From NCBI GenBank assembly GCA_019637685.1, contig JAHBVF010000015.1, forward strand, positions 7,875 to 71,874: DNA of 64,000 nt. The letters run 5' to 3'. The first letter of the stretch is position 1; each line of letters begins with the position of its first letter. The position numbers and the translations under genes are program-made. Source of the DNA: Caldilineaceae bacterium (lineage in GTDB: Bacteria > Chloroflexota > Anaerolineae > Caldilineales > Caldilineaceae). Below the pieces are notes generated by a model. It ran no database searches and was not told the origin of the DNA. It worked only from the letters and a program-made list of their open reading frames with translations. Shown piece by piece: positions 46,970 to 56,713 of this stretch.

Positions 46970-47199
46970 GCAAGCCCGGTAAGTAACTGCCAAGAAATAC
47001 GTCGCGGGTTGGATTCCGGGAATCTCGTCTGCGAAACCCCTGCATCAATCCTCAACGCTCACTAAACACACGTCGATAAGCAGGCATCAGCCAGCAGGCA
47101 ATCCATCGCAGTTGGTCACTGGCCGCGTTATGGGTATACTGTCACAATCGATCCACCCTGCAACCGAACCAATTTTCAATCGACTGGAAACGACCCCTC

Positions 47200-48117
47200 A
47201 TGTCATCTCATCCTGGCCGGGGGAACCCGCCCGCCATTTCACCTGCCCGCGCCTGGCTGCTGGCCGCCCGCCCCAAGACCCTCCCCGCCGCGGTAGCGCC
47301 CGTGCTGGTGGGGACTGCCCTGGCCTTCCACGACAGCGCCTTCGTTCTGTGGCCCGCCCTGGCCGCGCTGTTGGGTGCGCTGTTGCTGCAAATCGGCTCG
47401 AACTTTGCCAACGACTATTTCGACTTTTTCAAGGGGGCAGACACCCACGAGCGGCTCGGCCCGGTGCGGGTGACGGCCAGCGGCCTGATCACGCCCGGCC
47501 AACTGCGCTGGGGAATGGTGGTGGTTTTTGGGCTGGCCGCGCTGGACGGTCTGTATCTGATTCAGGTGGCTGGCTGGCCGATTCTGGCCGTGGGCGTGGC
47601 TTCGATTCTGGCCGCCCTGCTCTACACCGGCGGCCCCTTTCCCTTCGGCTACTACGGCCTGGGCGATCTCTTTGTCTTCGTCTTCTTTGGGCTGGTGGCT
47701 GTCTGCGGGACCTATTACGTGCAAGCGCTGATGTTGACCTGGCCGGTTGTGGTGGCGGCCGCGCCCCCCGGTCTGCTGATTACCGCGATTCTAGTTGTGA
47801 ACAATCTGCGCGACATCGAGACCGACGCCCGGGCCGGCAAGCGCACCCTGGCGGTGATGCTGGGCAGAGCGGGCACACGCAACGAATACCGGCTTCTGCT
47901 CACCCTGGCCTATATCCTGCCCGTGGCCCTCTGGCTCCGCCATGACTATTCCATACTTGTGCTGTTGCCCTGGCTGACAATGCCTTTGGTCTTGGAATTG
48001 CTACGCGAAATTACCCAAAAAGTAGATGGACCCGCGCTCAATACAGCCCTCGCGGGCACGGCCCGCCTGAGTCTGCTCTTTTCGCTTCTGCTCGCGATCG
48101 GTCTCGCTTTGCCATAA
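47200..48117 (+). CDS. menA: 1,4-dihydroxy-2-naphthoate octaprenyltransferase (UbiA superfamily)
   Basis: [31 protein letters not shown] Asp-rich motif, second motif around [15 protein letters not shown]. 305 aa. Confidence 0.8.
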   Translation: MSSHPGRGNPPAISPARAWLLAARPKTLPAAVAPVLVGTALAFHDSAFVLWPALAALLGALLLQIGSNFANDYFDFFKGADTHERLGPVRVTASGLITPGQLRWGMVVVFGLAALDGLYLIQVAGWPILAVGVASILAALLYTGGPFPFGYYGLGDLFVFVFFGLVAVCGTYYVQALMLTWPVVVAAAPPGLLITAILVVNNLRDIETDARAGKRTLAVMLGRAGTRNEYRLLLTLAYILPVALWLRHDYSILVLLPWLTMPLVLELLREITQKVDGPALNTALAGTARLSLLFSLLLAIGLALP

Positions 48118-48355
48118 ATCCAGGACAAACTGTAGTGATCAGGCTGATAGTGAAAGAAGCTGGACGCTGATTCACACGGAAGGACGCAGATTTTTTCTCC
48201 GGATCAGCGTCTATCTGCGTGAATCAGCGTCCCATTTTTTGTTCCACAGCCTTCGCGCAGGCCGATCGACCAATCCATTGGCTGGCCGGGCAACGTTACT
48301 TTGGATATACCCTGCTGCCGTGCACACCGTTCAGCCCAGCCCCCCTCAAAAGGAG

Positions 48356-49306
48356 ATGGTTATGGATCGAGTCTATGTGATGAATTTGGTGGCCAGTTTC
48401 CAGTTGGGCCATATCAGCCGTCGTCAATTTTTCAAGCGCTCCACCGCTGCCCTGGGCAGTGTGGCACTGGCCAACAGTCTGCTGGCAGCCTGCGCGGCCG
48501 TACCGCCCAACGCGCCCGCGCCCGCGGCGATCGTGCCCACAGCAGCGTCGGCAACCGCAGCGCCGACGCTGCCCGCTGCCTTGCCCACCCCAGAAGCAGC
48601 CCCAGAGAGCGACGCCGAAGTGATGGGCGAGGATGTGATCTATCCAGACAGGGATGGGGAGGAGTTGACCGGCTATATGGCCTGGCCTGCCTCCGCGGCA
48701 GCCAGCCCGGTGCCCGGCCTGATCGTCATTCAGGAATGGTGGGGGCTGAACGAACACATCAAAGATGTCACCCGCCGCTTTGCCGCCCAGGGCTATGTGG
48801 CCTTGTCCCCGGACCTCTATCACGGCGCGGTTGCCACCGAGCCGGATGAAGCACGCAAGCTGGTGATGGCCCTGGACATGCCCGAAGCTGTGGCGGAGAT
48901 CGGCCAGGCCATCGACTTTCTGCTTTCCCAGGAAAATGTGACAGGGGAGAAGGCCGGAATCGTCGGCTTTTGCATGGGCGGGCGGCTGGTGTTGGCCAGC
49001 GCCACGACGCTGGAGACGATTGCCGCGGCAGTTCCCTTCTATGGCTCCCCCCTCACCCCGGAGGAATCGGCCACAGTCAAAGCGCCGGTGCAGGGCCACT
49101 ACGGCGCGGCGGATGGGGGCATTTCGGTGGAGAGCGTGAAGGCCATGCAGGACGCAATGGAAGCCGCGGGCATTGTCAACGAGTTCTACATCTACGACGC
49201 CGCGCCCCACGCCTTCTTCAACGACACCGCGGCCAGCTATCGCCCGGAAGCCGCCGCCGCCGCCTGGACGCGCACGCTGGCCTGGTTCGCGGCCCATCTA
49301 AGCTGA
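48356..49306 (+). CDS. dienelactone hydrolase family protein with Tat signal
   Basis: SRRQFFKRSTAALGSVALA twin-arginine signal; GFCMGG nucleophile elbow; start ATG 5 nt after AAAGGAG. Confidence 0.8.
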   Translation: MVMDRVYVMNLVASFQLGHISRRQFFKRSTAALGSVALANSLLAACAAVPPNAPAPAAIVPTAASATAAPTLPAALPTPEAAPESDAEVMGEDVIYPDRDGEELTGYMAWPASAAASPVPGLIVIQEWWGLNEHIKDVTRRFAAQGYVALSPDLYHGAVATEPDEARKLVMALDMPEAVAEIGQAIDFLLSQENVTGEKAGIVGFCMGGRLVLASATTLETIAAAVPFYGSPLTPEESATVKAPVQGHYGAADGGISVESVKAMQDAMEAAGIVNEFYIYDAAPHAFFNDTAASYRPEAAAAAWTRTLAWFAAHLS

Positions 49307-49346
49307 ACACAGAGCGCAGGCGAATGATTGAGGAATAGTTCAATCC

Positions 49347-49392
49347 GAATCACCGGCCATTGTTCTCCGTGGGGAAGAATGGCCGGTGATTC
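49347..49392. terminator. ~20-bp stem hairpin GAATCACCGGCCATTGTTCTCC / GGGGAAGAATGGCCGGTGATTC
   Basis: Near-perfect inverted repeat 40 nt after the dienelactone hydrolase stop. Confidence 0.5.
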
Positions 49393-49487
49393 GTTATGCC
49401 TGCCCTTGGCTGTGAAGTGACGCCTACATATCTTTTGCCCGTTCACTTCTATCATTGCATCTACCCAACAGCTACGGATTGCACATA

Positions 49488-49563
49488 TATTGCACAAAAA
49501 ATGATTTCAAAAATTTGACAGGTAGAACAAAACACCGCACAATATATGTGCAACCGAAGCGAA
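49488..49563 (+). promoter_or_regulatory. fol-operon leader: 14-bp inverted repeat TTGCACATATATTG ... CAATATATGTGCAA bracketing a TTGACA -35
   Basis: Half-sites at 49489-49506 and 49548-49563. TTGACA at 49525-49530. TGTGCAA repeated again at the folB GTG start. Confidence 0.45.
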
Positions 49564-49581
49564 GAGCAAGGAAAAGAGATT

Positions 49582-49971
49582 GTGCAACAGCCCCATTTGG
49601 ACAAAATCAGAATCAAAGACCTGCTGGTGCGGGGTATTCTGGGCATCAACCCGGATGAACGCAAGAATCGCCAGGACATTCTCATCAATGTGACAATCTG
49701 GGCGGACACCCGGGCCGCGGCCGCCAGCGACGCCATTGAGGACGCGGTCAATTACAAAACCATCACCAAAGCCATTCTGGCCCACACCGAAAACGGCGCG
49801 CCCATGCTGGTGGAACGGCTGGTGGCCGAAGTGGCCCGAATCGCTGTTCTGGGCGATGAACGGGTGCAAGCCGTGGAAGTGAGCGTGGAAAAGCCCACCG
49901 CTTTGCGTTTTGCCGGTTCCGTGGGCATCACCATTTATCGGACGCGGGCGGAGCTGTTGGGGACAGAGTAA
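49582..49971 (+). CDS. folB: dihydroneopterin aldolase
   Basis: GTG start after AAGGAAAAGAG. IRIKDLLVRGILGINPDERKNRQDILINVTI... typical FolB beta-alpha fold sequence, ~129 aa. Confidence 0.7.
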   Translation: MQQPHLDKIRIKDLLVRGILGINPDERKNRQDILINVTIWADTRAAAASDAIEDAVNYKTITKAILAHTENGAPMLVERLVAEVARIAVLGDERVQAVEVSVEKPTALRFAGSVGITIYRTRAELLGTE

Positions 49972-50483
49972 TGGCACAGAAACCCTACCGGGCGCTGATT
50001 CTGCTGGGCAGCAACATCCAGAGGGAGCGCAATATACCCCAGGCGGTGCAGATGTTGTCCAAGCACCCGGAACTGCGAGTGGTGGCAATCAGCGCTGTCT
50101 ATGAATCCGCGGCGGTGGGGGGCAGCCGGCCTCAGCCCACATTCTCCAACGCGGCAGCTCTGGTGGAAACATCCCTCCAGCCGTCGGGCTTGCGGGCTTT
50201 GTTGCGGCAGATGGAGACGGAGATGGGGCGTGTGCGCAGCAGCGACAAGTTCGCGGCCCGGCCCATAGACCTGGACATTGTGCTCTACGACGATTTTGTG
50301 GGAGACGTGGACGGCAGCCGTGTGCCCGACCCGGACCTCCTTCGCTACGCCCACGTAGCTGTTCCCTGCGGGGAAATTGCCCCGGACTGGGTACACCCCA
50401 GCACCGGGCAGACACTGAAACAGATCAGCGAAGGCGTGGATCAGCGCGCACTTCGCTGCATTCCAGAGCCGCCACTGAAATAG
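49971..50483 (+). CDS. folK: 2-amino-4-hydroxy-6-hydroxymethyldihydropteridine diphosphokinase (HPPK)
   Basis: ALILLGSN...[12 protein letters not shown]...HPEL. 170 aa. Start overlaps the folB stop. Confidence 0.8.
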   Translation: MAQKPYRALILLGSNIQRERNIPQAVQMLSKHPELRVVAISAVYESAAVGGSRPQPTFSNAAALVETSLQPSGLRALLRQMETEMGRVRSSDKFAARPIDLDIVLYDDFVGDVDGSRVPDPDLLRYAHVAVPCGEIAPDWVHPSTGQTLKQISEGVDQRALRCIPEPPLK

Positions 50484-50533
50484 AAGAGAAAGTGTGGCCC
50501 TGCCCTTATTATGACTACACGCAATCACCAGAA

Positions 50534-51259
50534 ATGGAGACAAAAATGGGTTCGAAAACACCAATTACAACAATCAACGCCCACCGCGCCGCCGGTTTGA
50601 ACAAAAGTGGTCCGCAGGCCAACGGGCATCACATAAATGGACACAAATCCATGGACACGGAAGTGGATAACCCCTATGCCACCCCGCCAGAAGAATCCTA
50701 CGACCCGGAATTTGAATCCTTGGTGGCGCAGATACTTCGCCGCCTGGGGGAGGACCCGGAACGGACTGGCCTGAAACGCACACCTCTGCGGGTGGCAAAA
50801 GCAATGGATTTCTTGACCAGCGGCTACACCCAGTCCTTGACCGAGGTGGTCAACGGCGCGCTCTTTGAAGCTGAAGGCCAGGAAATGGTGATTGTGCGGG
50901 ATATTGAATTCTATTCCCAGTGCGAACACCACATGCTGCCTTTCTTTGGCAAGGCCCACATCGGCTATATTCCCAACGCCAGCATTATTGGCCTGAGCAA
51001 AATTGCCCGCATCGTCGATGTCTTTGCCCGGCGTTTGCAGGTGCAGGAACGGTTGACCAGCCAGGTGGCCGACGCGCTGATAGAAATTTTGCAGCCCCAG
51101 GGCGTGGCTGTCGTCACCGAGGCCAGCCACTTCTGCATGATGATGCGCGGGGTGCAGAAGCAGAACAGCTTCACCATTTCCAGCGCCATGCGCGGCAGTT
51201 TTAAGGAAAATGCCCAGACCCGCGCCGAATTTATGGAATTGGTGACACAAAAACGATAG
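50534..51259 (+). CDS. folE: GTP cyclohydrolase I
   Basis: Core [20 protein letters not shown]...[33 protein letters not shown]-terminal ~50-aa extension; start uncertain. Confidence 0.85.
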   Translation: METKMGSKTPITTINAHRAAGLNKSGPQANGHHINGHKSMDTEVDNPYATPPEESYDPEFESLVAQILRRLGEDPERTGLKRTPLRVAKAMDFLTSGYTQSLTEVVNGALFEAEGQEMVIVRDIEFYSQCEHHMLPFFGKAHIGYIPNASIIGLSKIARIVDVFARRLQVQERLTSQVADALIEILQPQGVAVVTEASHFCMMMRGVQKQNSFTISSAMRGSFKENAQTRAEFMELVTQKR

Positions 51260-51261
51260 CA

Positions 51262-51368
51262 GGGGCCAATGGCCCCGTGCGGCCGGTCATTCGCGGACAA
51301 AAGTGAAGCGTGAATCGCAAAGGGCGGAACATCCCCATGCGGTTCGCGCTTCACTTTTCGATCTGTGG
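51262..51368. other. structured intergenic element: terminator-like GGGGCCAATGGCCCC plus 12-bp inverted repeat AAAAGTGAAGCG...CGCTTCACTTTT enclosing ~40 nt
   Basis: Read directly. Lies between folE and the next plus-strand gene. Confidence 0.4.
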
Positions 51369-51380
51369 TAAAATAGGCCT

Positions 51381-51797
51381 ATGACAACAGACACTGAACG
51401 CACAGAAATTTACCGGCGACGCAACAGCGGCGATGAGAAAGTTGGATTTATCGATAGCGCGGGTGTCATCCAGCGCTTGCGTTGGGATGAGGGCATCCCC
51501 ATCGGTCGTGTTGAGCTGCGCAATGGCCTGCACTACATCTGGCGCAAAACCCGCCATGACGAAAAAGAGGTGGGCACAGCCACCGCCGACGGAGCCATCC
51601 GCAGCCACGGCCTCTTTGAAGGGGGCGAGCTGGGCTGGCTGGAGCCAGACGGCGTTGTGATGCAGGGCGGCCTGATCCTGGCAGAGGAAGAAGTGGGCCG
51701 GGTGGAAGGTCCTCAATCGGCCGCGGCCGCGGCCGCGCTGCTCCTCATCTTTCTGCCCGAGGAAGAAGAAGCAGGGCGGGAGATGAAGCGAAGGTAA
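51381..51797 (+). CDS. hypothetical protein
   Basis: 138 aa. Acidic C-terminus. No family recognised. Confidence 0.4.
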   Translation: MTTDTERTEIYRRRNSGDEKVGFIDSAGVIQRLRWDEGIPIGRVELRNGLHYIWRKTRHDEKEVGTATADGAIRSHGLFEGGELGWLEPDGVVMQGGLILAEEEVGRVEGPQSAAAAAALLLIFLPEEEEAGREMKRR

Positions 51798-51946
51798 GGC
51801 GAAAACAAAACGAAAGTGACCGGATGACCGGATGATAGAACATCAAAACGCGTCATTGATACGTTTTCGCATTTCACGGCTCACAACAGCTATCCCCCGC
51901 CAAACAATCAACACCCGATACCCAATACCCAGCGCCGAACAGCAAA

Positions 51947-52813
51947 ATGCCTACAATCACCACCCCCCGACTACGTTTTCACTACCGCACCCACGGCGAC
52001 CCGGATGGGCTGCCTATGCTGCTGCTGCACGGGAGCTTTGCCAGCAGCCGTTGGTGGGAACCCTTCTTCGCCATCCTGCCCGACGAAATCTATGCCATTG
52101 CCCCGGACCTGCGCGGGTGCGGGGGCAGCGGTCACAGCGCGGATGGCTACGAAATTCAAGAGCAGGCCGCGGATGTGGCCGCTTTTGCCGACGCGTTGGG
52201 CCTGGAGGATTTCGATCTGGTGGGCCATTCCAGCGGCGGGGCCATTGCTATCGAATATGCCCTGGCCCACCCGGCGCGTTTACACAGCCTGATTCTGGTG
52301 GACAGCGCGCCCATCGAGGGCGTCTTTACGCCCCTGGAAGGCTATCAACTGTTGGAGCAGATGCGGACAGACCGCGGCCTGCTCGGCCAGGCCCTGGCCA
52401 GCCTGATGCCGGCTACACCGCCGCCCACAATGACCCCTGGCGACTTCCAGGCATTTTTTGAAGGATTGGTGGATGACGCGGCGGGCATGGCTCCCCCTGC
52501 TTTCACCGCGGTGGCCCGGGCGCTGGATCACTGGAACCGCTTTGAGGAGGCCCGCCACCTCTCCCTGCCCACGCTTCTGCTTTGGGGCGAAAAGGATACA
52601 CTGGTGGACCGGGACAGCACAACCCGCATGCTGATCGCCATCCCCGGCGCGGCCAATCTGGAGGTATTGCGCGGGGTAGGCCACAGTTCGATGATCGAAT
52701 CACCTGTCCAACTGGCCGAGCGGATCATCGACTTTATCACCGACGACTTCGCCAGCTTTGAAGAGGCCAGAGAGTTTGCCGCAGGAGAATCAGCCACTGA
52801 TGAACAGAAATGA
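51947..52813 (+). CDS. alpha/beta hydrolase
   Basis: HG-xF oxyanion (LLLHGSFAS), GHSSGG nucleophile elbow, C-terminal GHSSMIE His region. Confidence 0.8.
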   Translation: MPTITTPRLRFHYRTHGDPDGLPMLLLHGSFASSRWWEPFFAILPDEIYAIAPDLRGCGGSGHSADGYEIQEQAADVAAFADALGLEDFDLVGHSSGGAIAIEYALAHPARLHSLILVDSAPIEGVFTPLEGYQLLEQMRTDRGLLGQALASLMPATPPPTMTPGDFQAFFEGLVDDAAGMAPPAFTAVARALDHWNRFEEARHLSLPTLLLWGEKDTLVDRDSTTRMLIAIPGAANLEVLRGVGHSSMIESPVQLAERIIDFITDDFASFEEAREFAAGESATDEQK

Positions 52814-53408
52814 ACGTCGGGCCGAGTGGGAAGCCCGCTATCGCGATGGCCCCCGCCCCTGGGATACGGGCATCACCCCCCCGGAGGTCGTGGCCTTTTG
52901 GCAGGAACAGCCGCCGCGGCCCCAGGGACTTTGCATCGACATTGGCTGCGGCACGGGCACAAACGCGGCCTATCTGGCCGGGCTGGGGCTGACCGCGGTG
53001 GGCGTGGACCTTTCTCTCAATGCCCTGGCTTTGAGCCAACAGCGGCGGGAAACCCTGCCCCCTGCTGTTCGACAACGGCTGAATTTTGCCCAGGCCGATG
53101 TGAGCCGCCTGCCCTTTCAGAAGGCCAACGCGGTATATATGCTGGACATCGGCTGCTTTCACGCAATCCCCGGCGACGCTCGTCGTGACTATGCGAATGG
53201 TGTTGTTCAAAATCTGGCCGCGGGCGGCCACTTCCATCTCTACGCCTTTGACAAACTGCCCGAAGAAAAGGCCGACCCGGACGCGCGCGGGCTGGGCGAG
53301 ACGGAAGTGATCGACCTTTTTACCCCAGCCCTGTCTGTGGTGGATATCGTGCGCGCCCGCCCGGATCGCCGGCCCTGCCGCTGGTATCTGCTGCGCAAGG
53401 ATGGATGA
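52800..53408 (+). CDS. class I SAM-dependent methyltransferase
   Basis: LCIDIGCGTGTNAAYLAGLG motif I. Overlaps the upstream hydrolase by 14 nt. Confidence 0.75.
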   Translation: MNRNERRAEWEARYRDGPRPWDTGITPPEVVAFWQEQPPRPQGLCIDIGCGTGTNAAYLAGLGLTAVGVDLSLNALALSQQRRETLPPAVRQRLNFAQADVSRLPFQKANAVYMLDIGCFHAIPGDARRDYANGVVQNLAAGGHFHLYAFDKLPEEKADPDARGLGETEVIDLFTPALSVVDIVRARPDRRPCRWYLLRKDG

Positions 53409-53456
53409 GGCAAGGACTGGCGCGGCAACGGCCCATCGGCCACACCCCAAGGAGAA

Positions 53457-54689
53457 ATGACAATGCAAAGCGAAAAAATCACCTTCCCCAGTGCCGCTGG
53501 AGACAAATTGGCCGCGCGTCTCGACCTGCCCGTAGATGGCAAGCCCATTGCCTATGCCCTCTTTGCCCATTGCTTTACGTGCAGCAAAAATCTGCACGCC
53601 GTGAGCAATATCAGCCGGGCGCTGACCGGCCAACGCATTGGGGTGCTGCGTTTCGATTTCACCGGACTGGGGGAGAGCGAAGGCGATTTTGCCGACACCA
53701 ACTTTTCATCGAGTGTGGCGGATCTGGTGGCGGCAGCCCACTTTTTGGAGACCGAGCACAGCGCGCCGGCCATTCTGATCGGCCACTCTCTGGGCGGCGC
53801 GGCTGTGCTGCAGGCCGCGGGCAATCTGCCCAGTGTGAAGGCGGTGGTGACGATCAACGCGCCTGCCGATCCCCGGCACGTGGCCCATCTGCTGGTGGAT
53901 GCGAAAGAAGAGATTGCTGCCCAGGGCAAAGCCCAGGTGAAGTTGGCCGGACGGACTTTCACTGTAAAGCAGCAGTTTCTGGACGATCTGGAAAAGACGA
54001 AGATGGAGAAGAGCATCCGCAACCTGCAAAAAGCCCTGCTCGTCTGCCACGCGCCCCTGGACAACTCAGTCAGTGTGGACAATGCCGCGATCATCTTCCA
54101 GGCGGCCCGCCACCCCAAAAGCTATCTCAGCCTGGACAAAGCCGATCACCTGCTCAGCAACGAAGAGGATTCCCTGTATGTGGGCACAGTGGCCGCGGCC
54201 TGGGCGCGCAAATATGTGGGGGGGCTGCTGCCCGACGCGGACAAACCCGCGCTGTCGGCGGATGCCCAGGTGGTGGTGCGCACGGACCGGGCGCATTACC
54301 AGACAGCTATTCTCGCCAACGGCCACAGCCTGACCGCGGACGAGCCTGTCTCGGTGGGGGGCACAGACACAGGACCGACTCCCTACGATCTGCTCCTAGC
54401 CGGACTGGGGGCTTGCACATCCATCACCCTACGAATGTACGCGGATCGCAAAAACTGGCCGGTGGAGTCGATTGTCGTCTATTTGGACCACAGCAAAATC
54501 CACGCGGAGGACTGCGAAGAGTGCGAAAGCACCGGGGGCAGGATTGACCGCATCGAGCGGGAAGTGGAGCTGATCGGCGATTTGGACGAAGAGCAGCGGC
54601 AACGGATGTTGGAAATCGCAGACAGATGCCCCGTCCACCGCACCCTCCACTCGGAAATTTCCGTGAAAACCCGGCTGCGGGAAAGCTAG
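53457..54689 (+). CDS. bifunctional alpha/beta hydrolase / OsmC-family protein
   Basis: N-terminal hydrolase (FAHCFTCSK, GHSLGG) and C-terminal OsmC/Ohr-like domain (GPTPYDLLLAGLGACTSITLRMYA). Confidence 0.8.
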   Translation: MTMQSEKITFPSAAGDKLAARLDLPVDGKPIAYALFAHCFTCSKNLHAVSNISRALTGQRIGVLRFDFTGLGESEGDFADTNFSSSVADLVAAAHFLETEHSAPAILIGHSLGGAAVLQAAGNLPSVKAVVTINAPADPRHVAHLLVDAKEEIAAQGKAQVKLAGRTFTVKQQFLDDLEKTKMEKSIRNLQKALLVCHAPLDNSVSVDNAAIIFQAARHPKSYLSLDKADHLLSNEEDSLYVGTVAAAWARKYVGGLLPDADKPALSADAQVVVRTDRAHYQTAILANGHSLTADEPVSVGGTDTGPTPYDLLLAGLGACTSITLRMYADRKNWPVESIVVYLDHSKIHAEDCEECESTGGRIDRIEREVELIGDLDEEQRQRMLEIADRCPVHRTLHSEISVKTRLRES

Positions 54690-54715
54690 TCCACCAGATA
54701 CCGAGGCTCAACAGA

Positions 54716-55453
54716 ATGGGTGATCCCCTGCGCCAGGTGGCGCTGATTTCGGATATTCACGGCAATTTTATCAGCTTGCAGGCAGTGTTGGCGGATATCG
54801 CCCGGCACAGTATTGACGAAATCGTCTGCCTGGGCGACACAGCCGCCAACGGTCCCCAGCCCGCGGAATGTCTCGCTCTGCTGGAAGAGATCGGGCCACG
54901 GGTGGTGATGGGCAATGCGGACGAATGGCTGCTGCACCCAACCCTCGCCCCGGACCTGGACGACTTTCACCGCAAAGTGGAGGAGAGCGATCTGTGGACC
55001 ATCGACCAGCTCTCCCCGGCCAACCTGCGCTATCTCCGCACGTTCCAGCCCTCCCACCTGCTCGATACCCCCACGCCTCTCCTGGCCTTTCACGCCACGC
55101 CCCGCAACAACCGGGAGATCGTTCTGCCGACCACGCCGGTGGAGGAAGCAGCCGCAATTTTTGCTGATTTTCCTGCCCCCCTCCTCGCGGGCAGTCACAC
55201 CCACCAGCCCTTTGTGCGCCGCATCCACCACCAGACATTTATCAATCCCGGCAGCGTGGGACTCCCCTATTTCATCGACAGGGAAGACACGGCCCACAAT
55301 CCGCCCTGGGCTGAATATGCCCTGCTGCGTTGGGGAGATGACGACAGCGTGGGGATAGAACTGCGCCGGGTTCCTGTGGACACGCGGGCAATCCGCCGGG
55401 CCTATGCCCAGAGCGGAATGCCCCACGCCGACTTCTGGGCTGCCGGCTGGTGA
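54716..55453 (+). CDS. metallophosphoesterase
   Basis: ISDIHGN...GD...GNAD (MGNADEW) signature motifs. Confidence 0.8.
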   Translation: MGDPLRQVALISDIHGNFISLQAVLADIARHSIDEIVCLGDTAANGPQPAECLALLEEIGPRVVMGNADEWLLHPTLAPDLDDFHRKVEESDLWTIDQLSPANLRYLRTFQPSHLLDTPTPLLAFHATPRNNREIVLPTTPVEEAAAIFADFPAPLLAGSHTHQPFVRRIHHQTFINPGSVGLPYFIDREDTAHNPPWAEYALLRWGDDDSVGIELRRVPVDTRAIRRAYAQSGMPHADFWAAGW

Positions 55454-55591
55454 TATCCCCGTTGAATCGCTGCTGAACTGCCGCTGAATCGGCTGGTTGT
55501 GACTTTTCCCCTTCTGCTATAAATTCTGCTATAAAGTAGTGTATAACCGGAACAGTTCGCCGGATTCCATTGCCACGGTACAGGCTTAATT

Positions 55592-56521
55592 TTGACTACA
55601 CGAATAAATTATTCCCAGGCGAAGACCAGCCAGGGCGTCGCGCTGCTGGTCTCGCTTTTGCTCATAGACAGCCTGCACTTTGTCTTTGCCAGGCTGATGC
55701 TCCCCCACGCCAACCCCTTTCTCTCCGCCCTCTTTGTCATGTTCATCGGCACTATCGAAGTGGGCATCTTTGGGGTAGTCACAGGCCGCCTGGGCGTCTC
55801 TATCCTGAAGCGCCACTGGCCCTTCTTCGTAGCCATTGGCTTCTGCATTGGCGTCAGCACGGCCATCAGCTATTCGGCCATCGCGCTCATCGATCCGGGC
55901 ACAGCCGCCATCCTGGGCAAAACATCCATTGTCTATGGCCTGGCCTTTGGCATCTTCTGGCTGGGCGACCGGTTTTCGCCGGTGCAGGCCGGGGGCGCGC
56001 TGGTGGCTATTATCGGAATGGTCATCGTCACCTTTCAGCCCGGCGATTATCTGCGCGCGGGCAGTCTGCTCATCATCTTTTCCACGCTGCTCTATTCCAC
56101 CCACACCGCGCTGACCAAACGCTACGGCGACGGGATGGATATGCTCAACTTTTTCTTCTATCGGCTGCTGTTCACCAGCGCGTTCCTCTTTGCCATTGCC
56201 GGGATACAGGGCCAGTTGGCTCTGCCGGCAACACCCGCGGCCTGGGGACTGCTGGTGCTGGCCGGCACTGTGGATGTGGTCATCAGCCGCACCCTCTACT
56301 ACACCGCCCTGCGCCGTCTGGATATGAGTATTTTTTCGATTGTACTCACAGCCGGTCCCGTCGCGGCGATTCTTTGGTCATTCCTGCTCTTTGGTGTCTT
56401 CCCCAATCCGCGCCAACTGCTGGGCGGCGCGGTGGTTCTGGTTGGCGTGTTGGTGGTCACAGCCGCGCCTATTCTGGCGCGCAAACGCAGGCAACGCAAG
56501 ACACCCGTGTCGGCCAACTGA
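55592..56521 (+). CDS. DMT-superfamily (EamA-like) transporter
   Basis: 10 TM helices in two 5-helix repeats. 309 aa. Confidence 0.7.
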   Translation: MTTRINYSQAKTSQGVALLVSLLLIDSLHFVFARLMLPHANPFLSALFVMFIGTIEVGIFGVVTGRLGVSILKRHWPFFVAIGFCIGVSTAISYSAIALIDPGTAAILGKTSIVYGLAFGIFWLGDRFSPVQAGGALVAIIGMVIVTFQPGDYLRAGSLLIIFSTLLYSTHTALTKRYGDGMDMLNFFFYRLLFTSAFLFAIAGIQGQLALPATPAAWGLLVLAGTVDVVISRTLYYTALRRLDMSIFSIVLTAGPVAAILWSFLLFGVFPNPRQLLGGAVVLVGVLVVTAAPILARKRRQRKTPVSAN

Positions 56522-56713
56522 GCGAGCAACTGGAATCATTTGCTTGACAGACTTACACCCAATGGGATAGAGTCAGGCCATAGGGCGCAACACCCTCTGC
56601 CGCCCAGCGGCCCTGCGCCAGAGGGTCGGTTCGACAACCAAAGTGGAGCGCAGATGTGTCCACATTCGTCAATGGCTACTTCGGGATTCGTCGCAGGATT
56701 TTAGGAACCGTCA

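Noticed and set aside
48296-49297. 333-aa minus-strand ORF
   Set aside because: Antisense to the Tat-signal dienelactone hydrolase.
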